In this document: positions 32,952 to 46,971 of the stretch, in pieces
Numbering within the stretch: the stretch's first letter is position 1
Layout: the number at the start of each line of letters is the position of its first letter
Origin: Eledone cirrhosa
Taxonomy: Eukaryota
Direction: 5' to 3'
Length of the DNA stretch: 64,000 nucleotides
Assembly: GCA_964016885.1 (NCBI GenBank)
Contig: OZ024750.1
Location: 40,734,001 to 40,798,000, forward strand
Notes under the pieces: model-generated
Seen by the model: the letters and a program-made list of their open reading frames with translations, nothing else
What the model was told of the DNA's origin: nothing
Database searches by the model: none
Program-made: the position numbers and the translations under genes

Positions 32952-35900
32952 TGTTTATTAAGAGAGAAACTCTCTTATAGAAGTACTATCTTAGTACATA
33001 ATCTATTGTTTATTGAGAGAGAAACTCTCTTATAGAAGTACTAACTTAGTACATAACCTATTGTTTATTGAGAGAGAAACTCTCTTATAGAAGTACTAAC
33101 TTAGTACATAATCTATTGTTTATTGAGAGAGAAACTCTCTTATAGAAGTACTAACTTAGTACATAACCTATTGTTTATTGAAAGAGAAACTCTCTTATAG
33201 AAGTACTAACTTAGTACATAACCTATTGTTTATTGAGAGAGAAACTCTCTCATAGAAGTACTAACTTAGTACATAACCTATTGTTAATTGAGAGAGAAAC
33301 TCTTATAGAAGTACTAACTTAGTACATAACCTATTGTTTATTGAGAGAGAAACTCTCTCATAGAAGTACTATCTTAGTACATAACCTATTGTTTATTGAG
33401 TGAGTAACTCTCTTATAGAAGTACTATCTTAGTACATAACCTATTGTTTATTGAGAGAGAAACTCTCTTATAGAAGTACTAACTTAGTACATAATCTATT
33501 GTTTATTGAGAGAGAAACTCTCTTATAGAAGTACTAACTTAGTACATAACCTATTGTTTATTGAAAGAGAAACTCTCTTATAGAAGTACTAACTTAGTAC
33601 ATAACCTATTGTTTATTGAGAGAGAAACTCTCTCATAGAAGTACTAACTTAGTACATAACCTATTGTTAATTGAGAGAGAAACTCTCTTATAGAAGTACT
33701 AACTTAGTACATAACCTATTGTTTATTGAGAGAGAAACTCTCTCATAGAAGTACTATCTTAGTACATAACCTATTGTTTATTGAGTGAGTAACTCTCTTA
33801 TAGAAGTACTATCTTAGTACATAACCTATTGTTTATTGAGAGAGAAACTCTCTTATAGAAGTACTAACTTAGTATATAACCTATTGTTAATTGAGAGAGA
33901 AACTCTCTTATAGAAGTACTAACTTAGTACATAATCTATTGTTTATTGAGAGAGAAACTCTTATAGAAGTACTAACTTAGTACATAACCTATTGTTTATT
34001 GAAAGAGAAACTCTCTTATAGAAGTACTAACTTAGTACTTAACCTATTGTTTATTGAGAGAAACTCTCTCATAGAAGTACTAACTTAGTACATAACCTAT
34101 TGTTAATTGAGAGAGAAACTCTCTTATAGAAGTACTAACTTAGTACATAACCTATTGTTTATTGAGAGAGAAACTCTCTCATAGAAGTACTATCTTAGTA
34201 CATAACCTATTGTTTATTGAGAGAGAAACTCTCTTATAGAAGTACTAACTTAGTACATAATCTATTGTTTATTGAGAGAGAAACTCTCTCATAGAAGTAC
34301 TATCTTAGTACATAACCTATTGTTTATTGAGAGAGAAACTCTCTTATAGAAGTACTAACTTAGTATATAACCTATTGTTAATTGAGAGAGAAACTCTCTT
34401 ATAGAAGTACTAACTTAGTACATAATCTATTGTTTATTGAGAGAGAAACTCTCTTATAGAAGTACTAACTTAGTACATAACCTATTGTTTATTGAAAGAG
34501 AAACTCTCTTATAGAAGTACTAACTTAGTACTTAACCTATTGTTTATTGAGAGAGAAACTCTCTCATAGAAGTACTAACTTAGTACATAACCTATTGTTT
34601 ATTGAGAGAGAAACTCTCTCATAGAAGTACTATCTTAGTACATAACCTATTGTTTATTGAGAGAGAAACTCTCTTATAGAAGTACTAACTTAGTACATAA
34701 TCTATTGTTTATTGAGAGAGAAACTCTCTTATAGAAGTACTAACTTAGTACATAACCTATTGTTTATTGAAAGAGAAACTCTCTTATAGAAGTACTAACT
34801 TAGTACATAACCTATTGTTTATTGAGAGAGAAACTCTCTCATAGAAGTACTATCTTAGTACATAACCTATTGTTTATTGAGAGAGAAACTCTCTTATAGA
34901 AGTACTAACTTAGTACATAATCTATTGTTTATTGAGAGAGAAACTCTCTTATAGAAGTACTAACTTAGTACATAACCTATTGTTTATTGAAAGAGAAACT
35001 CTCTTATAGAAGTACTAACTTAGTACATAACCTATTGTTTATTGAGAGAGAAACTCTCTCATAGAAGTACTAACTTAGTACATAACCTATTGTTAATTGA
35101 GAGAGAAACTCTCTTATAGAAGTACTAACTTAGTACATAGCCTATTGTTTATTGAGAGAGAAACTCTCTCATAGAAGTACTATCTTAGTACATAAAATAT
35201 TGTTTATTGAGAGAGAAACTCTCTTATAGAAGTACTATCTTAGTACATAACCTATTGTTTATTGAGAGAGAAACTCTCTTATAGAAGTACTAACTTAGTA
35301 TATAACCTATTGTTAATTGAGAGAGAAACTCTCTTATAGAAGTACTAACTTAGTACATAATCTATTGTTTATTGAGAGAGAAACTCTCTTATAGAAGTAC
35401 TAACTTAGTACATAACCTATTGTTTATTGAAAGAGAAACTCTCTTATAGAAGTACTAACTTAGTACTTAACCTATTGTTTATTGAGAGAGAAACTCTCTC
35501 ATAGAAGTACTAACTTAGTACATAACCTATTGTTAATTGAGAGAGAAACTCTCTTATAGAAGTACTTAGTACATAACCTATTGTTAATTGAGAGAGAAAC
35601 TCTCTTATAGAAGTACTAACTTAGTACATAACCTATTGTTAATTGAGAGAGAAACTCTCTTATAGAAGTACTTAGTACATAACCTATTGTTAATTGAGAG
35701 AGAAACTCTCTTATAGAAGTACTAACTTAGTACTTAATCTATTGTTAATTGAAAGAGAAACTCTCTTATAGAAGTACTAACTTAGTACATAACCTATTGT
35801 TAATTGAGAGAGAAACTCTCTTATAGAAGTACTTAGTACATAACCTATTGTTAATTGAGAGAGAAACTCTCTTATAGAAGTACTAACTTAGTACATAACC

Positions 35901-36252
35901 TATTGTTAATTGAGAGAGAAACTCTCTTATAGAAGTACTTAGTACATAACCTATTGTTAATTGAGAGAGAAACTCTCTTATAGAAGTACTAACTTAGTAC
36001 TTAATCTATTGTTAATTGAAAGAGAAACTCTCTTATAGAAGTACTAACTTAGTACTTAATCTATTGTTAATTGAAAGAGAAACTCTCTTATAGAAGTACT
36101 AACTTAGTACATAACCTATTGTTAATTGAGAGAGAGAAACTCTCTTATAGAAGTACTTAGTACATAACCTATTGTTAATTGAGAGAGAAACTCTCTTATA
36201 GAAGTACTAACTTAGTACATAACCTATTGTTAATTGAGAGAGAAACTCTCTT
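32952..36252. repeat. 55-bp satellite (~60 units) with two internal inverted repeats
   Basis: Unit tgtttattgagagagaaactctcttatagaagtactaacttagtacataacctat. Confidence 0.96.
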
Positions 36253-36331
36253 AACACTTTAGTGTTCAAACCGGCCAAAACCGGCCAGAATTCTCTACCT
36301 CTTTCTGTTGAAACTGGCTGTAACTGGTCGC
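36251..36331 (-). mobile_element. MITE family A terminal fragment
   Basis: ttaacacttta...ccggccagaattctctacctctttctgttgaaactggctgtaactgg. Confidence 0.7.
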
Positions 36332-37199
36332 GACAAGGAAGCTCTACAACCACCATTGAACAGATCCCAGTTATACTCTACAGACAAGATGGCAAAAGAA
36401 ACAAACATTGTGATTAAGAACAACAACCAGCAACATCCACTGCACCAGCCATTCCACCTTCTGGTGACTGAGACTTGGACACAATTCCCTCCAACAAAAC
36501 AGCAACCCTACGACCAATCATTACAAAAATATGATCAATATTTAAAGATTTCTCTCAGTATTTTCGAGATATTCTTAGTTACAGCCTTCACCTTACACCT
36601 CTAATTTACATTTTAAATAGTCACTAGAATAGAAACTTGTTATACTCCCTTCTCCCTCCACCCCATCCTCCACTAACACCCTCCATTCTTCTCCCTCCAC
36701 CCCACCCTCTACTTTCCACCTCCATCGGTTTTTCCATTGCTGACACTATCTACCTGTTGTAGAAAGGGAAACGTGAAATAAAGTCTTACTGAAGGACATA
36801 ACACATCACCCAGGCCAGGAATTGAACTCACAACCTCACGATTGTGAATCCAACTCTCTAACCATTAAGCCATGCACCTTTACATATTAACATGACCATC
36901 ATGTTTTTATTCTTTTTTTTTCCTGTCATAGTATATCTTGGACCACATCACTCATTGTGTTCGTTTTCTTTTTTTTAGACATAACCTTTATCATCGTCTT
37001 ATATTTGCTCTCAAAATACTGGTGTGGTGTATTTTTATTTACTCCTTTTAATACCAACCCACCCAAAACTGTCTTGCTTCTGCAATACAGAGCTGTTTAT
37101 TTTAAAGTGTTTTTATTTATCTAAAAACCTTTCATCATAAAATTATATAAGAACCTTTGTTGTGTTTCAAACAGCAGCTTAATAATGATAAAAAATGTT

Positions 37200-38262
37200 A
37201 CTCCAAGTAGAAACACTACTTCTCTGAATTGAGAGATCACGGTTCCGATACTATGGCCATGTGGTTAGAATGTCTCAGGAAAGACCACTGGAGTCACTTC
37301 AGGTAGAGCTGCTACTTCTCTGAATTGAGAGATTACAGCTCTGATACTATGGATATGTGGTTAGAATGTCTCAGGAAAGAATCACTGGAGAGTCACTCCA
37401 GGTAGAGCTGCTACTTCTCTGAATTGAGAGATTACAGCTCTGATACTATGGATATGTGGTTAGAATGTCTCAGGAAAGAATCACTGGAGAGTCACTCCAG
37501 GTAGAGCTGCTACTTCTCTGAATTGAGAGATTACAGCTCTGATACTATGGGTATGTGGTTAGAAACGTCTCGGGAAAGAATCACTGGAGAGTCACTCCAG
37601 GTAGAGCTGCTACTTCTCTGAATTGAGAGATTACAGCTCTGATACTATGGCCATGTGGTTAGAATGTCTCGGGAAAGAATCACTGGAGAGTCACTCCAGG
37701 TAGAGCTGCTACTTCTCTGAATTGAGAGATTACAGCTCTGATACTATGGCCATGTGGTTAGAATGTCTCGGGAAAGAATCACTGGAGAGTCACTCCAGGT
37801 AGAGCTGCTACTTCTCTGAATTGAGAGATTACAGCTCTGATACTATGGCCATGTGGTTAGAATGTCTCGGGAAAGAATCACTGGAGAGTCACTCCAGGTA
37901 GAGCTGCTACTTCTCTGAATTGAGAGATTACAGCTCTGATACTATGGATATGTGGTTAGAATGTCTCAGGAAAGAATCACTGGAGAGTCACTCCAGGCAG
38001 AGCTGCTACTTCTCTGAATTGAGAGATTACAGCTCTGATACTATGGATATGTGGTTAGAATGTCTCAGGAAAGAATCGCTGGACAGATTTTACTGGCAAA
38101 ATCAACTGGCAGGAGACCGAGGAGTAGATCCCGAGCATCATGGTTGGATAACATCCATTAGCTTGGTTGGTCTCGCTTGGGGATGGTTACTTCTGACAGG
38201 ACCCGCTGGGAGTGTTTAAGGACTTTACCCTCATGACCCTCCCAGAAAGAAGAAGGAGAAGG
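37200..38262 (+). repeat. 99-bp tandem repeat (~9 units) derived from RTE LINE coding sequence, continuing into the LINE 3' end
   Basis: Unit translates ESLQVELLLL*IERLQL*YYGHVVRMSQER; after the last unit, ILLAKSTGRRPRSRSRASWLDNI. Confidence 0.8.
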
Positions 38263-38814
38263 AGGGGGAGAATTATTATTATATCTCGCCAAATTCTAGA
38301 GTATTTTCAAAACGATTTGGAAATCATAGGCAGTATACTGTTACCGTATTCATTACCATAATTCTATTTCATTAGATAGATGATAATGAAAGAATTAAGG
38401 GAGATTCAGGTATTTTTAACAGCTCAACTAACCACATGGAGATTTCCTTCTTGGTTAGATGCATTCTGTTATCTAGGAAACTGAAGCAAGAATTCTTTAA
38501 AAATTAAGCAAGCCACTCACCTTGTCAATTTAACGAACCTTTATGCAATTAACCTTAATTTGAAATTTATTTTGGCCTGGATTTTTCCATGATTTCATTA
38601 AATTCCTCTTCAACTTTTGGAAATTTTCTACAAGAAGTTGTACATTGGGTTATTGAAAGAATATTCTACCAGTTCTGTTTTCATTAAATCTTAAGAGTAA
38701 AGCTAGAATTTTGCAGATAAGAGATTATTATAGCAGAGCAGAGTTGAGCTGGATATGTCTCTCTCTCTATCTATCTATCTTTCTATCTATCTTTCTATCT
38801 ATCTATCTATATAC

Positions 38815-38868
<54 letters not shown>

Positions 38869-39372
38869 TTCAGAGAAAACTGTGAATAGCCAACCAGAAA
38901 CTATTCTGTAGTAATGCCAAGATAAAGAAACCAGATTCATTCTCAAAGCTGGATCAGCTTACATCAATATATTGATTTTTTTTTTCTTCTTCTTCTTCAT
39001 CTTCTTCTTCTTTGCTCTCTTCCAATTTTGCACACCTCGTAAATTCTAGAAAGTCTGCTGAAATTGCGGTTCTCTCAGCCACCCCTCCAAAAAAAAAAGA
39101 AAAAGAAAAAAAAAGGAAAAAATATTAACAATAATAATAATAATAATGATTTATAATAATAATAATAAAACAAAGACTTTTGCATATTAATGCTAGTAAG
39201 GCAACTGGAAAGACTTTTGTATGTTTTTGGTAAAGAGACTCTTTTGAGATTTGGTAAATAGGTAAAACCTCTATTAACTGATAGCATTCCAACCCTTAAC
39301 CTTTGGTATTCCTAAACCTTGCTGCTTATCTTAAATATAGAGGTGAAATGGCTGAATGGATCAGGTATGAGA

Positions 39373-39980
39373 CCCCCCTCACCCACTCTCTAGCCTCCTC
39401 ACCCACTCTCTAGCTCCCTCACCCACTCTCTAGCCTCCTCACCCACTCTCTAGCTCCCTCACCCACCCTCTAGCTCCGTCACCCACCCTCTAGCCCCCTC
39501 ACCCACCTTCTAGCCCCCTCACCCACCCTCTAGCCCCCTCACCCACCTCCTAGCCCCCTCACCCACCCTCTAGCTTCCTCACCCACCTTCTAGCCCCCTC
39601 ACCCACCCTCTAGCACCCTCATCCACCCTCTACCCCTACCCACCCTCTAGCTCCCTCACCCACCTTCTACCCCCCACCCTATATCCCCCTCACCCGCCCT
39701 TTAGCCCCCTCACCCGCCCTTTAGCCCCCTCTAGCTCCTCACCCACCCTCTCGCCCCTCACATACCCTCTCTCCCCTCACCCACCCTCTAGCTCTTCACC
39801 CACCCCTCACCCCCATCAACAACCCTCTCGCCCCTCCCCCACCCTCTAGCCCCTCACCCACCATATATCACCCACCCCTCTATCCCCACTCACCCACCCT
39901 CTAGCTCCCCCCTCTAACCCCCCACCCCCTCTAACCCCCCAATCACCAACCCTCTCGCCCCTCACCCACCCTCTAGCTCA
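39373..39980. repeat. C-rich ~20-bp minisatellite (ccctcacccaccctctagcc)n
   Basis: Direct periodicity; G-runs on the minus strand. Confidence 0.9.
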
Positions 39981-40407
39981 TTATGGGGTTATCTCTCACT
40001 GCTGACAGTTGTCTTGCCCCATTTACCTAAATCAGGAGTGCTGATCTTTTTCTGAGAGTGTGGTGCCCACAAGCCCTCATTAGTGATAATCTTCCAAAAG
40101 AAAAATTCCCTGTGTACCCTCAGAATTGTTAGGGGTGTGGTGTGTGACAGTAGATTAGTCTTTTTCCTATATTTGTATTTTACACATTTTTTTAATGGGA
40201 AATGTAACAGAATGCTTGAAAGAGTTCTTTAAAAACTTGTTAATGATACAGTTTCACCACAGGTAATACCAGTGAACTTAGAAGGTAATACACATATTAC
40301 CACCTTAACGAGATGATCACTTTTTACTAATGGACATTTTTATTTCTTTTGTTTTCTTTCCTTTTTTTTATATTTAAGAAATCTGTCATTAGAATTACAA
40401 CTGATAA

Positions 40408-40920
40408 ATTAACCTTTCTAATGAAAGATACTGCCTATGTATTTAACCCTTTCATTACCATATCTCTAATGAAAGACACTGTCTATGTCATTAACCCCTT
40501 CATTACCATATTTCTAATGAAAGACACTGTCTATGTCTTTAACCCTTTCATTGCCATATTTCTAATGAAAGAGACTGCCTATGTCATTAACCCTTTCATT
40601 GCCATATTTCTAATGAAAGACACTACCTATGTCATTAACTCTTTCATTACCATATTTCTAACGAAAGACACTACCTATGTCTTTAACCCCTTCATTACCA
40701 TATTTCTAATGAAAGACACTACCTGTCTTTAACCCCTTCATTACCATATTTCTAATGAAAGACACTGCCTATGTATTTAACCCCTTCATTACCATATTTC
40801 TAATGAAAGACACTGTCTTTGTCATTAACCCCTTCATTACCATATTTCTAATGAAAGACACTGTCTTTGTCATTAACCCTTTCACTATATATTTCTGATG
40901 AAAGACACTCACCATGGTTT
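40408..40920. repeat. 48-bp tandem amplification of a ttaaccc- MITE terminus (family B)
   Basis: ttaaccc at 40443, 40491, 40539, ... Confidence 0.8.
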
Positions 40921-40980
40921 TCAATTAATATTGAAAATAATCAAGAATTTTGAGGATTTAGTAATATAGCTGTCTCATTA

Positions 40981-41213
40981 TTAACTCTCAACATCCTGTA
41001 ATGATTTAGCAAAAAATATCCCCCAAACAGGTTTAATTCAGATGTTTATTGTATCTTTATTAGTGGACAGATTGTTGTGAACATTTTCCGTAAACTATAA
41101 AGACTGCAAAGATTTTCATTATTAATGTGATGTTTTTAGTAATGTCCTGTTTTGTACTCTCCAAGATTGTCTTGCTAATGTGGTTTCATATGGTACAGGG
41201 TGTTAAAAGTTAA
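40981..41213. mobile_element. TTAA-flanked MITE (family C) nested in family B
   Basis: TIRs ttaactctcaacatcctgta / tacagggtgttaaaagttaa; the empty site cattattaagctg is seen in reverse complement at ~37165-37190. Confidence 0.75.
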
Positions 41214-41245
41214 GCTGGTGTTTGGAACATAATAAATTTTTATTA

Positions 41246-41461
41246 CATTTAAACCAGCCATATCCGGCCAGAATTCTCTCACCTCTTTCTGTTCAAACTG
41301 GCTGTAACTGGCCACTCATACTGATGTTAAGTTATTGTTCTCAAAATAAATATCATCAAAATCTCATAATTCAATATTATGTAAGATAATTATGTAAGGT
41401 AAAGCCTTTACCGTGAAAATATAATAGTAAATATACAGTAATGTAAATGCTAAAGGGTTAA
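41246..41461 (-). mobile_element. MITE family A
   Basis: Matches 27771-27997 in reverse complement; ends taaagggttaa. Confidence 0.85.
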
Positions 41462-41639
41462 ATTTAAAACAAATGGCTTTGTGTTATAAAATCAAGTTTT
41501 ATCCAACTGATATAATCATAGAAAAACAGTTATAAAGACGATGATAATGTTGAAAAAGACTGAGAACTAGTCTTGAATGTGGCTAAGTAATTAAGGAATA
41601 AGACACATGTACAAGAGATGACTGTGCTGTTATTGGTGA

Positions 41640-41855
41640 TTAACCTTTTAGCATTTAAACCAGTCGTATTCGGCCAGAATTATCTCACCTCTTTCTGTTC
41701 AAACCGGCCATAACTGGTTGCTCATACTTATATTAAGGTATTGTTCTCAAAATAAATAATATGAAAATCTCGTAAATTCGATATCATGTAAGATAAAGCC
41801 TTTACCACAAAAATACAATAGAAAATATAGAGTAATGTAAATGGTTAAAGGTTAA
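41640..41855 (-). mobile_element. MITE family A, complete
   Basis: ttaaccttttagcattta ... taaatggttaaaggttaa. Confidence 0.88.
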
Positions 41856-42099
41856 AGTAAATATATTATGTATAGAGCAATGAAAAAGTCCAGTGATCCC
41901 AAAAGATATTCAGGTGGATGTCCAGGTAGAGTTTGGGTAAAAATCCTGTTCCAGGGTGAAGATCCAGTGTAGAAATCCAACAAATTTTCTCAAAAAATTT
42001 TTTTTACTCTCAGCCACTTAATACCTCATGAAACTAGGATAAGCTCTGGGTTGATGAGCCTCAAGGCTTAAGACAAACTTAAAAGATGATGGTCATCAT

Positions 42100-42492
42100 C
42101 TTCACTGTTTAATGTCTATTTTCCCATTCCTGCATAGGTTAGATGGGTCATCAGGCCCAGACACCAGGTCTTTCTCATACGGATCTGTATTTTGGCTTGA
42201 TTTCTACAGCTGGATGCCCTTCCTAACACCAACCACATTACAGTGTGGACTGGCTGCTTTTTATCGTAGCACTGAAATGAGCATGTTGCAGGGGTGCTTT
42301 TTGTCATGTCACCAGCTCAATCATCTTACAGCGTGGACTGAGTTCTTTTTGTAATGTCACCTGCACAACCACCTTACAGTATGGACTGGATGCTTTTTGT
42401 CATGTCACCAGCTCAACCACCTTACAGTGTGGACTGGGTGCCTTTTGTAATGTCACCTGCACAACCACCTTACAGTATGCACTGGGTGCTTC
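42100..42492 (-). mobile_element. SINE 3' remnant with internal tandem duplications
   Basis: gatttctacagctggatgcccttcctaacaccaacc followed by repeated ttacagtgtggactgg. Confidence 0.7.
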
Positions 42493-42879
42493 TACAAACA
42501 AATTACATTTGCTAGAAATTTAATTAAAATCTGAAAATGTTGATTTAAGTTAAAAAGAAATTTAAACCTGAATTTGAAAACATATTTAACATTTCAGCAA
42601 TCTATTTCTATGGTGATATATAACAGCATGATATCATCTGATATCATCTTGATATCTCTACGCTGCTGTCACTCACATTCACAGTTAAAGAAATACTCAT
42701 TTAAAATGAAGATGCCACAATTATGATAATGAAATTCTAACGAATCTTAAATGTTAAGGCGATAAATATAGAGAAATTAATAATGTTCGTATGTTGATTT
42801 ATTTAAGAAGTTTTCGAACAAGAGGTCAGGGTGAGAGGAACTGAGTAATTAAATTATTTTTGTTCTGAATCAGATCTCT

Positions 42880-43106
42880 TTAACCCTTTAACATTCACAT
42901 TACTCTATATTTACTATTTATTTTTGTAGTTAAAGGCTTTATCTTACATAATTATCTCACATAATATCGAATCTATGAGATTTTGATAATATTTATTTTG
43001 AGATCTACCTTAACATAAATATGAGCAGCTGATTATGGCTGGTTTAAACAGAAAGAGGTGAGAGAATTCTGGCTGGATATGGCTGGTTTAAATGCTAACG
43101 GGTTAA
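42880..43106 (+). mobile_element. MITE family A, complete
   Basis: ttaaccctttaacattcacattactctata ... aaatgctaacgggttaa. Confidence 0.88.
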
Positions 43107-43199
43107 GACGCTAAATATAGAGAAATTTAAAATGTTAGTATGTTGATTTATTTAAGAAGTTCTTGAACAAGAGATCAGGGTGAGATGAACTGAGTATCA

Positions 43200-44020
<821 letters not shown>

Positions 44021-44078
44021 TGTATATATATATATATATATATACACATATATGTATATATATATATATATATACACA

Positions 44079-44126
<48 letters not shown>

Positions 44127-44146
44127 TATATATATACATATATATG

Positions 44147-44177
<31 letters not shown>

Positions 44178-44193
44178 ATATATATATATACAG

Positions 44194-44358
44194 ACCCACA
44201 CTGTAAATGTGGTTGGTGTTAGGAAGGGCATCCAACTGTAGAAAACCTGCCAGACAGTCCTATGCGAGCAAGACAATCACTCTTGCCTCAAGTGGGAAAA
44301 CCCCCGTCCAAACCCATGCAAGCATGGAACACGGACGTTAAACGTTGATGATGATGAT
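44194..44358 (+). mobile_element. Isolated 3' tail of the RTE element at 54.3-55.9 kb
   Basis: Near-identical to 55691-55853. Confidence 0.85.
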
Positions 44359-44394
44359 ATATATATATGTATACATATATATATATATATACAC

Positions 44395-44427
<33 letters not shown>

Positions 44428-44462
44428 TATAAATATATACACATATATATAAATATATACAC

Positions 44463-44499
<37 letters not shown>

Positions 44500-44548
44500 C
44501 CCATATATATATATATACCCATATATATATATATATATATATATAGCC

Positions 44549-44593
<45 letters not shown>

Positions 44594-44609
<16 letters not shown>

Positions 44610-44888
44610 GAAATTATTGTGTAAAGTGCTCAGGTGCACTACAACTCGTCAAAGGTGTATGTATAGTACATAGAATAATACACAAATGTCAGGGAAGTAC
44701 ATGTGTGTATGTGTTAGCTGTAGTGTTGATGGATCTCGGGAAGCATGGAGGCCTTAAAGGATGCAGTGTCTCGACAGTTAACAACTGATGCAGGTAGTTT
44801 GTTCCATGCTTCAGCAACTCTGAGCGTGAAAAAATGTTTCCGAAAGTCATGGGACTGTGCTGTTTTCTTACTTTGTGGGTATGTCCAC
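44594..44888 (-). pseudogene. CR1/L2-type LINE 3' fragment with (ATT)n tail
   Basis: GHTHKV...[32 protein letters not shown]. Confidence 0.75.
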
Positions 44889-44910
44889 ATATATATATAT
44901 ATACACACAC

Positions 44911-44948
<38 letters not shown>

Positions 44949-45364
44949 GTGTATATATATATATATGTGTGTATATATATATATATATGTGTATATATAT
45001 ATATATATATACACACACATATATATATATACACACACATATATATATATATATACACACATATATATATATATACACACATATATATATATGTTGATTT
45101 AAATCAACATGTTGATTTAAAACTGCACTATCCACAAGTGTTTTTTAGCCTTGATATCATGTTCTCCTGTTTTATCTGATGAAAACACAAATATTATTGC
45201 ATGATGATGTTTGTTTTTGAAATGCGCATAATAAAATACATGGAACTCCTTTAACCATCTTTTGATCTTATATATTATGTATACTCCAGTCGTACAAACT
45301 GTAGAGTGCTTCTTATCCGATATCTGCATTGCTTTATTGTACTACAATAAAACTCACCTCCTAC

Positions 45365-45410
<46 letters not shown>

Positions 45411-45527
45411 CCCTCTTTGGATTTTAGTCTTCACGTTTATTATTACTATGATAATAATATATATATAGTCTTCAACCTTTTTGTTTTTATCGTTGTTATG
45501 GTATAACCATAGCCACTGCATTCGGTC

Positions 45528-45815
45528 GTTTTACCTGGTGTCACACCTTTTAACTGTTGTATTTTACCTGCTGTCACACCTTTTAACCGTTGTCTTTTAC
45601 CTGGTGTCATACTTTTTAACTGTTGTGTTTTACCTGGTGTCACACCTTTTAACTGTTGTGTTTTACCTGGTGTTTTACCTGGTGTCACACCTTTTAACCG
45701 TTGTCTTTTACCTGGTGTCACACTTTTTAACTGTTGTGTTTTACCTGGTGTCACACTTTTTAACTGTTGTGTTTTACCTGGTGTCACACCTTTTAACTGT
45801 TGTGTTTTACCTGGA
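45528..45815. repeat. 33-bp minisatellite
   Basis: ttttacctggtgtcacaccttttaactgttgtg. Confidence 0.9.
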
Positions 45816-46240
45816 CAACAATGTTTAGCTTCTGAATCTATTGAGTGCTTTGTGATTGCCTCCAACGACTCGATTAGTTTCTGCTATATGGCAGCTACAA
45901 CTTCTATTCATACCCAATATTATATATATATACTAGACCACTCATGACCCAACAAGTTTCGGGTTGTCTAGTTGTTACCTGTCGTAATGTTTCTTTTCAT
46001 TTTATCTTGTCGAAATTAATATTTTCTCATATTTATGCTGTTATACTTTGTTCAAAAGAATGCTTTTGATGACAACATTCTTAGTTGACTGGGTGTCCTT
46101 CAGAAACACTCTGACATAGTGATTTTTAAAAAAAATCATATTCACTTTGAAATATTTTTAAAAATCTTCATTTAAAAAAAGTAATTCTTAAATAATTAAA
46201 ATATTGTCTGCTTAAAGAAAGCTAAAACATAAGTACTTAC

Positions 46241-46300
46241 TATACAGAGCAAAGTGGGATCTCTTCCTGTCTGTCTTTAACTTGACTACACTAAGGCTTT
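46241..46300 (-). CDS. Candidate 60-nt internal exon of an unknown host gene
   Basis: Reverse complement tttcatttccag|aaagcc...ctgtata|gtaagt; open frame xSLSVVKLKTDRKRSHFALY; unique sequence. Confidence 0.3.
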
Positions 46301-46656
46301 CTGGAAATGAAACACAATGGTAAGCACGCTAGTGAGCTGTTGGCTATTTATGAAGGTAGCCGGTAAAACCCAGTATCTCGGGAATCCGTGCTTCAATTTA
46401 CTCAAAACTTGTTTTATTCCATTTGTATACCCATTTGAGGGGCAACTTCCTTTCAAAGTATGTTCCCATTATGTGTCGTTTTGGCAGTATTAAATAACAG
46501 ACAAGCACACGATCACAGAGTTTTAGTAGTATATATATATAGGTAGGAAGATAGATAGATAGGTAGATAGATAGATACTTGTGTACAACATGTGACTTAG
46601 TGGTTAGGGTGTTTGGCTTCTGATTGTCAGGTCGTAAGTTCAATATCTGTATGGAC

Positions 46657-46971
46657 AATCTTTAGTGGAGGAATGGTATGACAGTCTTTGGTAAAGGAAT
46701 GGTGTGACTGTCTTTGGTGGAGGAATGGTGAGACAGTCTTTGGTGGAGGAATGGTATGGACTGTCTTTGGTGGAGGAATGGTGAGACAGTCTTTGGTGGA
46801 GGAATGGTATGGACTGTCTTTGGTGGAGGAATGGTATGGACTGTCTTTGGTGGAGGAATGGTGTGACTGTCTTTGGTGGAGGAATGGTATGACTGTCTTT
46901 GGTGGAGGAATGGTGTGACTGTCTTTGGTGGAGGAATGGTATGGACTGTCTTTGGTGGAGGAATGGTATGG
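46657..46971. repeat. ~26-bp minisatellite (actgtctttggtggaggaatggtatgg)n
   Basis: Direct periodicity, immediately after a SINE head. Confidence 0.9.
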
